DNA from: an uncultured Planctomycetaceae bacterium
GTDB taxonomy: Bacteria; Planctomycetota; Planctomycetia; Planctomycetales; Planctomycetaceae
NCBI GenBank assembly: GCA_963815195.1
Contig: CAWFGE010000010.1
Span: 256,001-320,000 of the forward strand
Direction: 5' to 3'
Length of the DNA stretch: 64,000 bases
The notes under the pieces were generated by a model that was not told the DNA's origin, made no database searches, and saw nothing but the letters and a program-made list of their open reading frames with translations. Both the position numbers and the translations under genes were made by a program. This document shows, piece by piece, positions 63,561 to 64,000 of the stretch (the first letter of the stretch is position 1; the number at the start of each line of letters is the position of its first letter).

Positions 63561-64000
63561 TGAATACTCCAATCGATCGACACCTCGGGAACTCAACAAA
63601 GTTCTGGACCAGGCCCTTTCCCAATTGAGGAACATTCGCGAGAGTCGCACCGAACCGATTGCAATTGTGGGCGTAGGCTGCCGGTTTCCCGGGGCCTCGA
63701 GTCCCGCGGCGTTTTGGGAATTGCTCAACAACGGCCTCTGCGAGATTCGAGACACCCCGCAAGAACGTTGGACGGGCATCCCTCTTCAAAATAGCACCTT
63801 GAAGGGCGGCATCACGGCGCACCGCGGATCCTATTTGCAGGACGTGGACCAGTTTGACGCGTCGTTTTTTAATCTCTCTCGCCGCGAAGCGAACCTGCTC
63901 GATCCGCAACAGAGGCTTTTGCTCGAAGTCGCTTGGGAAACTTTGGAGAACGCGGGCATCAATCCGGAAAAGCTCAAAGGGAGCCAAACGGGCGTCTATG
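63553..64000 (+). CDS. Next type I PKS subunit, N-terminal docking helix plus KS (partial, runs off the window)
   Basis: Manual translation from GTG 63553, which overlaps the upstream stop: ASEYSNRSTPRELNKVLDQALSQLRNIRESRTEPIAIVGVGCRFPG...FDASFF...DPQQRLLLEVAWE. Confidence 0.9.
   Translation, partial: MASEYSNRSTPRELNKVLDQALSQLRNIRESRTEPIAIVGVGCRFPGASSPAAFWELLNNGLCEIRDTPQERWTGIPLQNSTLKGGITAHRGSYLQDVDQFDASFFNLSRREANLLDPQQRLLLEVAWETLENAGINPEKLKGSQTGVY

Overview
GC-rich bacterial DNA, very likely from a planctomycete. This is inferred from a TIGR02996-type LRR gene, a TIGR02999-type ECF sigma factor paired with a Ser/Thr kinase, a LEPRxLL-type exported protein and sulfatases. In order, the window holds: a partial TIGR02996/LRR gene; a co-directional cluster of Fe-ADH, PQQ-type beta-propeller, HemN-like radical SAM, chorismate-lyase-like protein and halogenase-like flavoprotein; an OmpA/MotB lipoprotein; an M16 peptidase pair; a P1B-ATPase fused to an SPFH/HflK domain; ispH; an SDR; an speD-like gene; two sulfatase-family genes; a ~19 kb MoxR-DUF58-BatA-vWA operon ending in three HtrA-like genes, two of them apparently catalytically dead; an ECF/kinase/delta-60 exoprotein module with an ~80 bp direct repeat; an ABC exporter; and the start of a FAAL-primed type I PKS cluster that runs off the right end, whose first module has a decayed AT. 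Intergenic spaces carry several REP-like and heptamer/nonamer inverted-repeat elements, one enclosing a four-helix-bundle gene remnant. Eight small frameshifts in seven otherwise intact genes most likely reflect long-read assembly errors. No rRNA, tRNA, CRISPR array or transposase was recognised. All family calls come from motif recognition by eye, not database searches.
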